This document shows positions 6,359 through 19,106 of a stretch of 19,710 nt of DNA, piece by piece (the first letter of the stretch is position 1; each line of letters starts with the position of its first letter). Source of the DNA: Paraspadella gotoi (taxonomy: Eukaryota > Animalia > Chaetognatha); contig JBJCIZ010001353.1 in assembly GCA_051294375.1 (NCBI GenBank), positions 1-19,710 of the forward strand. The letters are read 5' to 3'. Below the pieces are notes generated by a model. It made no database searches. It saw only the letters and a list, made by a program, of their open reading frames with translations, and was not told the DNA's origin. A program made the position numbers and the translations under genes.

Positions 6359-9300
6359 CTTGGGAAGAGGGAATGAAACGATTGACCGACATATAATAAT
6401 TATAAATTTACCCTTAAATTCCATTTATTAATCATTATCCCTCCTACTCCTTCCATTTCTGTTCAGTTCCTTACTACAGAATTATTTGATTTTTCAACGT
6501 AAATGACTTCCTTTCTTATTAGACTATAGAGCGGGAGTATGTTCTCCTTAACCATGGGTGGTTGTCTTAACTAGATCTGCTCTATTCCTCAATTTCCAGA
6601 TAGACATGCTCACTATCCTATGAACGCATCACATTGATCGCTTCTCCGCTATTAATTAGTAAATATGCAATAATTATATCACCGTGGCTCTATACTTCTG
6701 GGATTAATTATATTTTAATATTCTGTTTAAATTAGTCTTAATATAAAAATGCCAATTGGAGAATGATATAAACGAAAGATTTCCCAACATCCGTTTATGC
6801 TTGTCCGATACATGATGACATTCGCCAATGTTCATAAAAATCTCAACCTGTCCATAGACGTATAAGTCAATCGACACGATGGCGCTCTTACGACTTCCTT
6901 CCTGCGTGCCGCACGTGCGACATCTCATCAGCAGATCCCGTCATAGTTTAAAGTGGACATCCGAGGTGAATCTATGCGCGGTATGTATCGGAGATAGTTT
7001 GTTGATTGGTGTATACTGTACCTTCATAACAGACATCTATCAATCGCGGATTAAACCGCCCGCTAAATCAGGACACTCTCCCAACGCCCACGCACCGAGG
7101 AGGTGTTGACTCATCCCAACTTGGAGATTCGACACTAACCATTGTTTCGCTCTGCATCTGGCCAAGAGCCGGAGAACGAGGGACAACCATCCAACGGTTA
7201 ACAGAAGTGGCATCGAAATAATTTCGAACTCGAAAAAGCAAGCCAGAAAATGGCCGCCGAAAGACAGAAGACGATCTTGCAGACAATGGCCAGCTTTTGG
7301 CCCGCAGAGCTCCCGGCCGACGCGGAATGCGGGATGGAGGAAGGGGAGAAGGGGAGAAATACATTTAAATATTCCTTCTGTCCCGCGGGGGAAATGTGAT
7401 ATTCTTACACTGGAAATGAAAAATAAAATTTCGAGAGTAGTAAAAAACCCCAACCAAAAAAATTGACTACAAAAATATTAAAGCAATAGTTAATTTCAAC
7501 AAAACAAATTGTCATATTTTGTCATATAAAATCAAAAAGTTTAAATCGTAACATCAATTAAACCGGGGCACTTTTAGGGTAAATTCGTGAACGGAAGTCA
7601 AACACTTATCCAGAATAAGTTTTATTGACCACCCTGTGGACATTAATCTAAATTCTTCAAAGTAGGTGCTTCCAAAAATATACACTTTACAAATCAGCAT
7701 CATTGCAAGTATAACATTATACGAGCATGGGACAATATTTTTCCATTTAAGAGTTTACCTTCAAAAAAGCTGGCATCGCAAAACCACGACAAACGATTTT
7801 TCATTTGACAATGGCTTCTTAGAACTTATTCCAGCTTGTAACTTCTACCCAATAAAGATACGAACCGCTCAACCGCCTTCTGCTCTTTCCATTGCCACAT
7901 TCATGTTAACGTTCAATCCACGGCAGCAAAACGAACCAAGGCACTGTTGGCCATCCGCCCAGTTCTAGGGTTCACTTCCTTGATTGCTGGAACCACGGAA
8001 TTGGATCGGAAAAATCTCTCGAGGGATAATGAGCGTTGGGCAAGGCGGCACGCACCCAGGCAAGCAGCATCGCTCGACAGGTCAGATGTCAACAGGGGCC
8101 GCAGTTGCTGGCAACCGATAATGCAAGCAGAAAAGTTGCTGAGCAAGAAATCGAATACCAAGTTTGGTTCCTAAAACGGAAAGAATGTAGTATAATATAA
8201 AGGGTCAAACTAAAGCTCTCATATGGCCAACAACATATTTAGAAACCTAAAAAGAGAAGTAAAAATTTACAGAAAAATACAATAAGAAAAGAATAAAACT
8301 ATATATAATTAACTAAAATACTTAATTAAAATTACTAAACGGCTTCTATTATCTACCTTGTGCAAGATAAGGCCCCCATTACGGGATTCCGAGATCATAT
8401 GAAAAGTAGATAACCGAGACAACCGCACTCGATCAGAAAAAATAGCAAACTGACGCGTCCATCCAGCCCGCTGCCAGCCGGACCAAAATGGCTCATTTCC
8501 TCCAAAATGCAAACAATCCATGACGGCCCCAAAACGACGGCGTGTCAGAAAGAGAAGCGCAAAGTAAGGTCCGAGCCGTAAATAGCGATCCGCCGCTCGA
8601 TTTGCCATAATACTGGTATTCTGTAGCGTTTTGCGCCAGTACACCCCAGCGGCATGGTTGGCAATTCGTGTTGGCGCTGCGCCCAAGGATGCTGTTATCA
8701 GCTCGTATTGTAGTCTTTTTTTTCATTGACTCATCCCATTCATGATCAGCCTTCTGAGCGGAGATCGCAAGTTCGCGAGTTGGGAGTTAGTCATCCCTGC
8801 CGCCTAATGAAACCGGATCCCCTATCCCCGCATCGTCTTTTTCCTTTTTTTTTGACTTTCGTGTTCAGCTCGCGCACTCTTTCCCCGTGCCTGGCTTCCG
8901 GTATGGTATGCCACTTTCCGATATCAAAGATGGGATTAAGTCCACGGCTTTAAAACATATTGTCGAACCTTCCGACCGTGAGTTAAACCTATGATATTAT
9001 AGCCAAGGCCCAGAAAAATTTCAATCTTAGCGACACACCTTAACAGTATGTTATCCATTTAATTTTGACTTCACTTTTACAAACGTTTAATTATTTGAGA
9101 GGCTATAAAAAACAGTTTAAAAAACATTTTAACAATTTTAAAATTCGCGCTATGCGCACCTTACTCGAAATCCGCCTGATCTCAGAGTCGATAGCAAGGA
9201 TCCGCCGGCACCGACTTATCCCGCGCGCCAGAAAGAAGCGTATTCAGCCCAGGCCAAAAACGACGTGACTAGGCATAAGTAAAACGGTCGGTTTTGCTGA

Positions 9301-10689
9301 GTGATCACCTGGGTGCGGTGTAATGGTATAAGTGTTTCTCTTTATGCCCCTGGATAGATACTTGGGATGGTCCTACTGAGTCATGTGTGGAGGCGTATCA
9401 TTCTGGTCTGGTGATGTGTGGTTAGGAATTGGTTGGTGGGAGGTTGGTATGATGACCTTCTTCCGTTGATTTGGGGATAGGGGAGTTGAGTTGTTTGGTT
9501 TGTGGTATTAGTGAGTTGTGGTGCATTGGTTGTATACATTGGTTTCCGATTCTCTTGTACTGGTTATATGGCATCGTTTTTATGTGGTGCCTAGCAGTTC
9601 GGTTGTATGAATAGATTTGCAATATTTGTGTGTTTAAACTCGTCATCTCCCTAGTGGATACGAACGTGGGTTTATTAACTAACTGGATTTTTAGAGAGAC
9701 TTGAAGTTCTGGTTCTTTAGGAGATGCTGGGATCTCGAATTTATGTAATGAGCTGTTGAACTAGCGCGATTGATGGTTCTGTCAAGCGGAATACCACATG
9801 TTGCCGTGATCGTACCACTTTACGATTGTTCCACTCGACAGTGTGTGCCGACCCTTCGTGCTGACTCATACAGGATGTATTCAGCCCTCCTTTACCGTAC
9901 AACCCGTGATTTCTCTCGCGGTAGAAACAATATATATTTGGTTCTCTCGACATACAGAACCTTCTTTACAAAATCAATCAGCACCTAATAATATGCTTAA
10001 CTCTAACATAGAAAGCGTAGAATTAGTACGCTAGATTGCAGCGTGATGTTTTATCATATTCTATATGAACTGGTTTCAAACCAATCCAAGAAATTAGTCA
10101 TCAGTTAATAATATATGACTGTGGACAGATCGTTGGTTTAGAAGCACTCCATATACTCTTACATCGCTCCCGCTCCCTCAAGCGTGAGCCGATCAAAGAC
10201 TCTACATGATACACCGTCGAATTACCCGGCCTCCCAAAAATGAAAGTTATAGTATAAAACATTGTCAGAAATATGTTTCAATTTGATAGCAATAGGAAAA
10301 TAGGATGTAGACCTTTTGTTTACCCCTATTTTTCAACCGTCAGACTCGAGAGACTCAATACAAAAACACAACCAAACTTGAAGAGCAGAAACACTCAAAA
10401 GGCGAATCTTCTCTACTCATCTCCCCGTAAGGACATAAATTACAGAAAGAAGCCGGCGTGATGTTAAATCCTAATGTTTGTCCAACGACATAGAAGACAG
10501 GCGTGAGGTCTGGTTATCGTGTTGATGTTCTTCATACTCGTGAGTTATGACATCGGGTTGGGTTGAGGTGGGAAGGTCGAGGTTAAGAACGCGTGAGAAA
10601 GGAGACAAGGGGCAGCGGAAGGATAAAGGTGGGTGAGTGGTGGGCGAGTGAGAAAATGGATAAAACCCGACAAAGCGGCGAATAGGTAG

Positions 10690-11705
10690 GTTACACCAAG
10701 ACAAAAACAAAGAAAAAAGAAGAAAAGAGAAGAAAAGATAAGATAAGACAGAACAATAGTGTTGGGGGAAGAATGAAAAAGTGATAATGAGATAGGAGAT
10801 GTAAAAACGAAAGGTAGTAAATGAGGAGGAAGGGAGAAAAACAGGAAAGAGATGCGGTAGTGAAAAAAGGAAGGAGGAAGAGAGAAAGAGAAGGGAGGAA
10901 AGAATGAAAGGGTAGTAAGAAGAGGGAGTGTTGTGAAAAAGAAAGAGAGGGGAAGTGGAAATTGAACGTAAAAATAAAAAATAATAGAGAAGTAAAAAGA
11001 AACACGTAGAGAAACATAATGAAAAATGAACTAGCGTCTTGAAAAGAGGATCAAAAAATGAACGGGATGTGGAGAAATAAAACAAGAAGGAAAAGAGGTC
11101 CATTGGAATTACAAAAGAGGATTATGGGACAGATAAGGGGTACATAAGAGAACAAAAGAACAAGAAAGCAATAACAAAATAATAGAATAATGGTGATGGG
11201 AAGATAATGTACTATAATAATAAGGCGCGTGAAAAGGCAATGGTATAAACTTAACGGAAGACCAAGAGAATTTGTTAGATCGCTAGAAGGTGCAATAGGA
11301 ACTGCAGGTAGAAGCAGTGTATAGGTAAACTCAGAGGAGCGGAAAGAGAAGGAAGCAGGGCACAAGCGAGTCGTGAAAGAAGAAAAAAAAAATGTAATGA
11401 GAAACGGAAAGGAGGAGGAAAAGGAAAAGAGAAATGAAAAAGAAAAGAAAGGGAAGAAAAATGATAAGAGTGAAAAACGATAAGAGAGGACGAGGAATGA
11501 TAAAATGGAAAAGAGAATAGAAGAAATTGGGACCCGTATCGATATAGAAAGATAAGAAAGTATTGAAATGAAAGCAAAGAAGGGGCGCATAAAAATAGCG
11601 CGAGAAGAAAATGAACAGAGAAAAAAAAGGAATGAGAAAAAAAAAGACCACAGGAACGTCCGTAGATCTGTTGCAACATGAGAAACAAGAAACACAACAA
11701 AAAAA
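10690..11705. other. Purine-rich (A/G) low-complexity tract, possibly a low-quality read segment
   Basis: Extreme A/G skew with no clear period; gives only F/S/L-rich spurious ORFs. Confidence 0.7.
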
Positions 11706-11747
11706 TATCGTACCAATTCAGGCCAACAGGTGTAGGAAGCGCGCTAC

Positions 11748-12021
11748 TTAAGCCAAAGGCAGGAGTTTGAACTGAAAATGCAAATGGACGCGGCGAATGT
11801 TGACGAACTCGCCTACGAGTGGTGGAAAGCACCAACACTGCGAACAATCCGCGACTGAAAACTTAAAGAAAGCCCTATAATCGAGTGTAAGCTGGTAGAG
11901 GAGAATACAATAGAAAAATCCGATTGACGATCGGACGTGCCGAATTGAACCTCCTGAACGTGACATGTTCTAGTTGTAGCTGAGGCGCGTTGAGACCGTG
12001 AAAAGGAATATCAGCGACCCT
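11748..12021 (-). CDS. MFS/SLC16-like last exon (TM11-12)
   Basis: NMSRSGG...ILLYQLTLDYRAFFKFSVA resembles NLTNAFG...GALYDATGSY..SFYLAG; CAG acceptor. Confidence 0.45.
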
Positions 12022-12351
12022 CTGAGCGGATTAAATATACGAGCCAAATGAAATAAAATATTATAATAACCGGTGTTTTAAAATTCAGTAGAAATAAGTT
12101 ATTGATAGTGTGTCCTCTGTAAAAATTTATTCGCTGCCTCTCGTGATTCTGAAATCACAATATAAGCTCTCGGTTGCACCTCATACAAAATTTCAATTTA
12201 TACTTGACGGGATGTATTTTAAACTTTCTGTTCAAACACCCGTCATTAATTCAATAATATCAATAAAAATATTGCATTTGAAATTTTTCAAAATTAATAG
12301 ATACTCCAATTTAAATATCTAAAAATTTCGAAAATCAACAATTATAATTAC

Positions 12352-12924
12352 TTATTATTTCTGGCAGAAAAATACAAATATTGTATTTAAATAAAACTGA
12401 GAAGAAACATTATAAAAATCCCCAATATTAATCCTTCTCTTGAAACCTTAGTAATCCAATAAAAACTTGATATAATAAAAAAAAAGGTATACATATACAC
12501 ATTTTCATATCCTCTCTGAGCCACAAGACCATGACGTATCTGAATCCGGACACCAATCAGTTCATACTGGCTTGGTGCCCTTCCGCCAAACTCGATAAAC
12601 AACCAAATAGCACTAGTCAAACCCTCAATCCATAACTGATCGTCCGTTATTTCACGCCGGCAGCCGCCCGACCACCGACGAAGGGTCGGCCACGGACCGC
12701 CTCCCAAAGATGGCCTCAGAGAAAAGAGGTTTGCAGACCACACCCGCCCCGGATATGAGGAGGACCGTCTCCACCAAAGGCGGACAGACGATAAGTGACA
12801 ACGGAGTAAAGGAGACACGGTTAGAACGGGGAATAGCGCCAATATTGGTAACCCCACCACGTTCAGGATCGTTAGTCCAACCGTGAAACAAGTGAACGGT
12901 CTATCGTTTAGAATAGAGATTCCA
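12352..12924 (-). CDS. MFS/SLC16-like exon 2 (about TM4-TM10)
   Basis: Successive hydrophobic helices; LFPVLTVS.Y..TYRLSAFG resembles [21 protein letters not shown]; overlaps supplied ORF 12387-12860. Confidence 0.5.
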
Positions 12925-13073
12925 CTGATTTGAGGAGAGAAAATAGGGGGGGGGTATTTATTGAGCTCATGTCATTGATTTAATTACCAGACGTAAGTTT
13001 TTTTAAATTAATTGCACGGCATATTTCTAAGCAGTGGCAATTTCCAACCCCTGCCCTAATTTTTTTCCCATAC

Positions 13074-13383
13074 GAACCCATAACAATGACGTGGGCGGAC
13101 GTGGTTTTTAAAACCCGGAGACAACGTTCAACGTTCAGCGCGGGAGCGACTGGACACGTGGTTCGCCCTCTTCCGGCCACGGATGGGGTAACGAGCCGGG
13201 TAGCGACGTTAAAGCATGCCGGCCAAAATTCCGGAAGGGTCCCGGTCCGCTTTGAGGTTGGTCGAGCCCAATCTGAGCTACAGCCATGACGACGAGAATG
13301 CGGCGTGTGAAAGGGACGGATGCAGACTGGCGCACCGAAGATCTGGAGCCGCCGTTTTTTTCGCGCCGCGGCGTTTCAGTCAA
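13074..13383 (-). CDS. MFS transporter, SLC16/MCT-like, exon 1 (TM1-3)
   Basis: RRILVVMAVAQIGL..KRT..PEFWPACFNVATRLVT..VAP...KTTSAHVIVMG loosely parallels the MCT N-terminus; GTATGG donor. Confidence 0.4.
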
Positions 13384-14496
13384 AATAGACGTTGACTCGA
13401 CCCATTTTTTTTGAAGGCCGATTTATCACGAATTTGATAGTTTCTCTATGAGGTACATATACACCACATCAACAAACTACTCCGATATCACCGTGTTTTA
13501 GATCACTAAACTTTATTGGTCTTGCGAAGGTAAAAAAATATGAAATTACTTTGAAACAAGGATATGAAATTAGAACTAATGAACGGGATATCACGACAAT
13601 TATCGTTGGATATGAGGACATTGGACTTTTGGACGAGACATTTGCGACATTCTCGATACTGTCGAAATATTGATAATAGACACGTCAGAGTTTAAATTTT
13701 AAATTCACTTTCAGAGCTTAAAACAGAATCATGAACAGTCATCTTTCTCTCTCTCTCTCTGCACACACACTCACTATTTCTTCTCTTTCTACGTTCATTT
13801 TAATATCAATTTTTTAAATTTTTCTCTTTGTTCGAAGATTATTCACCGAATTTATTTCACATGATGAAAAAAAATCAAAACGAAATATTGTTAAACGTTG
13901 AATTTAAACTTCAAAAAGAACGAATTTGGCGATTATTAATACATCTTTAGCTTTTTTTTTTTTAATGATTTAATATTTCTTGTTCTTGATCCAGAATTTT
14001 CCATCCTGTTTTCTTAAAAATTTTGTTTCTTGTTTCATCAAAATCTGTTTTTTTGTTTTCTATCAGTTAATTGCGAGACTAGGAATGATAATGGGCGATT
14101 CTTTTAAGAAAACAAAATTAACAAACTTTTTATAAGCATTTAACATTTACAAAATTTGGCAAATATCTTATATAAAATTTAAACTTTTTATTTTTTCTAA
14201 TAATCGATCAACTTTTCAGGTTTGATTATTATTATTTAACCAAAATTTTTAATCGTAAGTTTTATTAAAATTAAAAGGCAAACAGTAAATCATGCTACCA
14301 AATTATATACAATCAAGTCAGAGGAACACTTATATGCTGGCGCTTCTCCATTAACAAACTTTGCAATTATATTTATAAAATCACTTTAAAAGGTCATCTC
14401 CTCCTCCTGCCTCCTCCTCCGTCACAACAACAAACAACTTTTTTGACAACATTTCCTTCCTCTCGATACGCCTTTCAGAAATCTCTCACTCTTCCT

Positions 14497-14813
14497 TCAA
14501 TCCACTCTCAGCGCCTCGTCCACCCCGGACGAGAGGAAGCCGCAGCATCCGTCGCGGCAGCTGTCACAGATTTACTGCAATTTGCAAGAATTTGCGGCAG
14601 TTTTCGCAACCTCAGTTTGTCGCAGCCACATGCCGCAACCGCCGCAGTCAAAACCAGCCGCGGAACATTCGTCTCTTCAACGACTCAAGCCCGCCTCGCC
14701 GCCTCCAGCAGCTCCAGCGGTCGACAGGATAGATGGAGAAAGCAGAGCAGCAAAACGCAGACGACGATGACGGCGACGTATGTTTGTTGTGTTGTCATCT
14801 CCGTCATTTCGGT
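14497..14813 (-). CDS. CLCA: Probable last CLCA-like exon: TM anchor plus Cys-rich tail
   Basis: CAG acceptor; TYVAVIVVCVLLLCFL hydrophobic helix followed by frameshifted CGGCG, ENCRKF, CDSCRDGCC. Confidence 0.5.
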
Positions 14814-15147
14814 CTGGGAAAGAAAATGGTGAGAGAGGCAGAAGAATAATTGAGAATTATTTTAAAATTTAGAACATTACAATGAGAAAACGACATCCTC
14901 CTTACTATCCCCGCCTACCTCTATAAGCGAATTACAATTTACTACGCAATACTGCAATTGAATTAGTCTAATTACTTATTCGGAAAACTGAATCATTTAA
15001 AGTATTTGTAAAATAATAAAATAAAACATTGGACAAACCGAAATAAATAAATATTCGAATAATCTGATAATACTCAATATGCAAATGAGACTTGCAGGGA
15101 ACGCAAAAATCAAAATTTCTATGCTTCGCCAGCCCAACCACAATTAC

Positions 15148-15372
15148 CTGACGATCGTGCCGTTAAGGTCGGCGCACGTGACCCCAAACCGACCGCCTCA
15201 CGCCGATTCGACGCCTCGCCTCTGGTTTCCGGCTTCGTCCAAGGCGACGACGACAGATTGCTGGAACGACACCGCAAGACGCATTCGTCGTTGTTGTTGG
15301 GAGTGCTTAACGGACGACGAGGCGTCGAAGCCGCGGACTGGCCGGACGGGGTCTTTCGTCACGGACTCGAGT
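15148..15372 (-). CDS. CLCA: CLCA-like exon, FN3 domain C-half
   Basis: SVVVALDEAGN(fs)RGEASN resembles IAIQAVDKVDLKSEISN; AG/GT boundaries. Confidence 0.7.
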
Positions 15373-15609
15373 CTGGATTGTTATCCATTAAATTGATTCA
15401 ATGCTAGATTGTTTTATCTATATTTATTCTTTGATATCATCAATTCTTGTTATCTATTATGCATTCATTCATTCAGTAGTTAGTGTCCTTCGTATATGTT
15501 TAATTTCGTTCACTTTTATTCATCTTCAATTCATTTCATTCTACTATCCATACATTTTTTTATTTCACTCTTTCCTTCATTTATTTCATTCCTTAAATAC
15601 TTACTATCC

Positions 15610-16880
15610 ATTCAATCCATCCAGTCCATCCCATCCAATCCATCCATCCGGTCTCTCCCTCCTACATTTCCATCCATCCATCCATCCATCCATCTCTCCT
15701 ATCAATCCATCCATCCTTCCATCCCTTCCCTACATCCATCCATCCATCCATCCATCCCTCCGACATCATCCATCCATCCATCCTCTGACATCCATCCATC
15801 CATCCCTCCATCCATCCGTCGCCTCCCTTCCCTACAGCTATCCATCCTTCCATCCCTCCCTACATCCATCCATTCCATCCCTCCATCCATCCATCCGTTC
15901 CTACCTCCCTACATCATCCATCCATCCCTACATTCCCTGCCCTCCCTTCCTCCTTACATCCCCTCCTCATCATCCAATCCATCCATCCATCCACCCTCCC
16001 TACATCCCTCCTCCCTTCCTCCTTACATCCCTCCCTCACATCCATCATCCATCCATCCCTCCCTACATCCATCCATCCATCCCTACATCCCCCCTCCCTT
16101 CCTCTTAACATCCCTCCCTCATCCATCCATCCATCATCCCTCCCTACATCCCTCCCTCCCTCTCCTCCTTACATCCCTCCCCCCCCCATCCATCCATCCA
16201 TCCATCCCTCCCTACATCCATCCATCATCCCTACATCCCTCCCTTCCCTTTCCTCCTTACATCCCTCCCTCCATTCCATTCCATCCATCCATCACATCCA
16301 TCCCTCCTCTTACATCCCTCCCTCCCTTACCTCTTACATCCCTCCCTCCATCCAGTCCATCCATCCATTCCTCCCTCCATGCCATCCATCCATCCATCCA
16401 TCCCCTCCCTACATCCCTCCCTCCCTTTCACTTACATCCCTCCTCCATCCATCCATCCATTCCATCCCTCCCTACATCCATCCATGCCATCCATCCATCC
16501 ATCCCTCCCTACACTCCCTCCCTTCCTTCCTCTTACTCCCTCCCTCCATCTCATCCATCCATCCATCCATCCATCATCCATCCATCCATCCATCCTATCC
16601 TCCATCCATCATCCATCCTCCTCCCTACTCATCCTACTCCATCCCATCACTCTTCCATCCGTCACCTCCGTTCCTCCCTAATCCTCCATCCAATCACCTC
16701 CATCCCTCCCTCCTACTGCCCATCATATCCCATCCATCCATCCATCCAATTCCCCATCCTCACATCTAATAAATTTCCAACTCCTCCCTTCCTCCCTACA
16801 TTCCTCCCTCACATCCTCCTCTCCATCGCATCCATCCCTCAGTCTCCCTTCCTCCCTCATTTACCCCCTCCTCCCTCTCT
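15610..16880. repeat. Degenerate (CCAT)n/(CCCT)n microsatellite filling a CLCA intron
   Basis: About 1.3 kb of ccat/ccct/ctacat units, almost G-free on the + strand. Confidence 0.95.
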
Positions 16881-16890
16881 CATCTCCTAC

Positions 16891-17131
16891 CCTTATCTCA
16901 TTTCGTCTACCACTCGGTTTCCCCTTCTGCGTCCCAATCGCGGCCCAGTCCTTCGCCATCTCAAGCCTCGCTTTCCCCAGTCGCTCGCCAGGTGGCTTCC
17001 ACCGTCAACGTCTCACGGCGCGGGAGTGACACCCGGACGCGTCCACGCCCGCGCGGAGACGACGAGCTCCACACGTCGATGAGGTGATGGGAGGAGGGGA
17101 GGAGGAGGAATGGGCCGGCGATTGGCGTTGT
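16891..17131 (-). CDS. CLCA: CLCA-like exon, FN3 domain N-half
   Basis: PPPIT...[13 protein letters not shown]...EIR resembles PPGQITDL..INLTWTAPGDD..YIIR. Confidence 0.65.
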
Positions 17132-17246
17132 CTTTGGGGGGATTGTACGGGGAGAGGATGAGAGTCACGGACAGGACAAATGAGAGGATGACAGAGCAGA
17201 GAGAGGAGACTGCAAGAGAAGCCGAGAGAGAGAGAGACTTATTTAC

Positions 17247-17401
17247 CTTAGAATATTTTATTGCGATGCAGATCGCGTCTCACGATATGAGGCGAGGAGA
17301 GTCGACCTGGTTTGCGACTGTCGACGATGACAGAAACGACGCGATTAACGACGACGATCTGACCAGGTACGTCGAACAATCTTTCCGTCCGCGGTTGAAC
17401 T
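17247..17401 (-). CDS. CLCA: CLCA-like exon (linker)
   Basis: GC-rich block with CAG/GTAAAT boundaries between two recognisable CLCA exons. Confidence 0.55.
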
Positions 17402-18024
17402 CTGATGAGATGATGTTGGTTTTTGGATTTTGTTTCACAAATTTAAATTAATAATCCTATTATTCGTCAGCTTTATTTGATCCGGAAATGTTTTTGTTCT
17501 AATACAACTTTATGAATCTGGACAATACATCGAAACTGTAAAAATACTACATGTCAAGGAAGAGCGGTCATCCCGACCCAAATCTGATTTTAACCTTTTC
17601 ATTCATGCCAACAAACCTTCACTAGTATAATCAACCGCGTCACGTAAAGGTTTAATTCATCACATTTTCAGTATGCGTCGTCACTCTAATTTCATCACAT
17701 CCTATCCCCCCCCTCCCTCACATTTTAAATTTCGACGACGAAACCAAAATGATTTTCGAACAATAACGAGAGTTAATTTTTAGCTCAACGTTAGTTTATT
17801 CAATGATTAATCTAACATGAATAGATAACGCGGTTGAAATGAGTTTGCTATTTGCACATGATTATATATTCAAGATGAATAAAGTCCGCATGGAGAATCT
17901 TCACGAAACTTTCTTCCGACACAAACACATTTCTGCAAAAGATTCTCATATTGATAAGAGTCAGTTCCGAACGCCGTAAAGGCTCGCCCGTTCCTTACCA
18001 AACCCTTACCTTACCCGACCTTAC

Positions 18025-18209
18025 CTGACGCTGCGTCTACGTACTTCCAAGCCCTGGATCTGAAGAATCTTCTGGAAAATTCGTATCTCGTTCGTCGACG
18101 TCGGCAGCGTCGATTCCGTCGTCAGTGGAGACGGAGGATTGAATGGAGTCGGGAGGAAGGGGAGGGACGAGGGCTTCCACTTGGGGAGGTATGGAGGGTG
18201 GCTGTTGAC
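18025..18209 (-). CDS. CLCA: CLCA-like exon
   Basis: LRLH.DDGIDAADVDERD..FSRRFF resembles LELLDNGAGADATKDDGVYSRYF; acceptor approximate. Confidence 0.75.
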
Positions 18210-18289
18210 GTGCGAGGGGTGTGGGGGAGGATGCCGAGATGGGATGGAAGTTTGATGAATTTTATGCTCAGTCTGAGTTTTACTTTAGC

Positions 18290-18753
18290 CTGACCTCTTT
18301 TATACTCTCTGGATTTTTTTTTCGTCTTACCTGATTTACTGTTTAATCTAACAGTTTTGACTTGAACTCGTCTGACATTTTTTGACTTTAAGTCAGTCTG
18401 ACCTCTTTATAACCTACCTCAATGTGATCTTTTAGCTTGTCCTATAGTTTGACCTTTTTGACTTAAACTCGTCTGACTTCTTTAACCTGGCCTTAATACT
18501 TTGATTGAACCTGACCTCAATCAGAACTTTTGGCCTGCCCTTGATGTTACCTTTGATATTAGTCTCAGTCTGACTCTTTATGCGCTCGATTTACATTTTG
18601 ACATACGCTTGACCTGACCTTTTAATTGTCTTAAAGTTTCTCCTCCTCAATTTGTCCTCTTTAACGTGACCTCAACCTGACCTCAATCTGACATTGACTT
18701 AACCTCTTGACCTTACCTCCTCGACCCCTCTAACCGGATCTAAAACTGACCTT
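18290..18753. repeat. TGACCT-rich degenerate repeat, intronic
   Basis: Ten exact TGACCT on the + strand plus TGACTT/TGACAT variants. Confidence 0.75.
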
Positions 18754-18773
18754 TCCAAATTCACTTAACTCAC

Positions 18774-18974
18774 CTTCAAACCCAAAACTGGATTCCCTTC
18801 ACCGAATTTGGCCACAACGCGAATCACGATCGCCGACGGATAAATCACGTGAACGGATTGGACGCTGGCGGTGATCGTCACAGTCGGCTCTGGAGGCGGC
18901 GGCGACGGCTGCTGCTGCTGCTGCTGCGCTGTTATGGATTTGCTTTTGCGTCGTCGCTTCGAGGTTACGGTCAC
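18774..18974 (-). CDS. CLCA: CLCA-like exon with poly-Q/poly-P insert
   Basis: Open 67-codon exon; VTVTSK...VTITAS..YPSAIVI..GNPVLGLK resembles LTVTSR..PITVTS..FPSPLVVY..GASPILRAS. Confidence 0.85.
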
Positions 18975-19060
18975 CTGGTTTAAATTGTCTCTTGCTTGTT
19001 TTCTTTAATTTAGACTTTTTGTTTTTTAGTAGCTTTTTGAGCTTTTTTAGTATCATTTCC

Positions 19061-19062
<2 letters not shown>

Positions 19063-19100
<38 letters not shown>

Positions 19101-19104
19101 TCTC
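19063..19104. repeat. (CT)n microsatellite, intronic
   Basis: Direct reading. Confidence 0.95.
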
Positions 19105-19106
19105 AC

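Noticed and set aside
6905-6935. CTGATGAG plus hairpin on the minus strand as a hammerhead
   Set aside because: No GAAA follows the hairpin.
10471-11847. F/S/L-rich 'membrane protein' ORFs
   Set aside because: Artefact of the pyrimidine-rich minus strand; open in several frames at once.
14520-14807. Stand-alone secreted toxin-like precursor (signal peptide, KR site, Cys-rich peptide)
   Set aside because: The block begins at a splice acceptor right after the CLCA FN3 exons, so a C-terminal TM anchor is more parsimonious; not fully excluded.
15401-17082. 528-aa and 235-aa Pro/Ser/His ORFs
   Set aside because: Translation of a stop-free (CCAT)n microsatellite, antisense to a CLCA intron.
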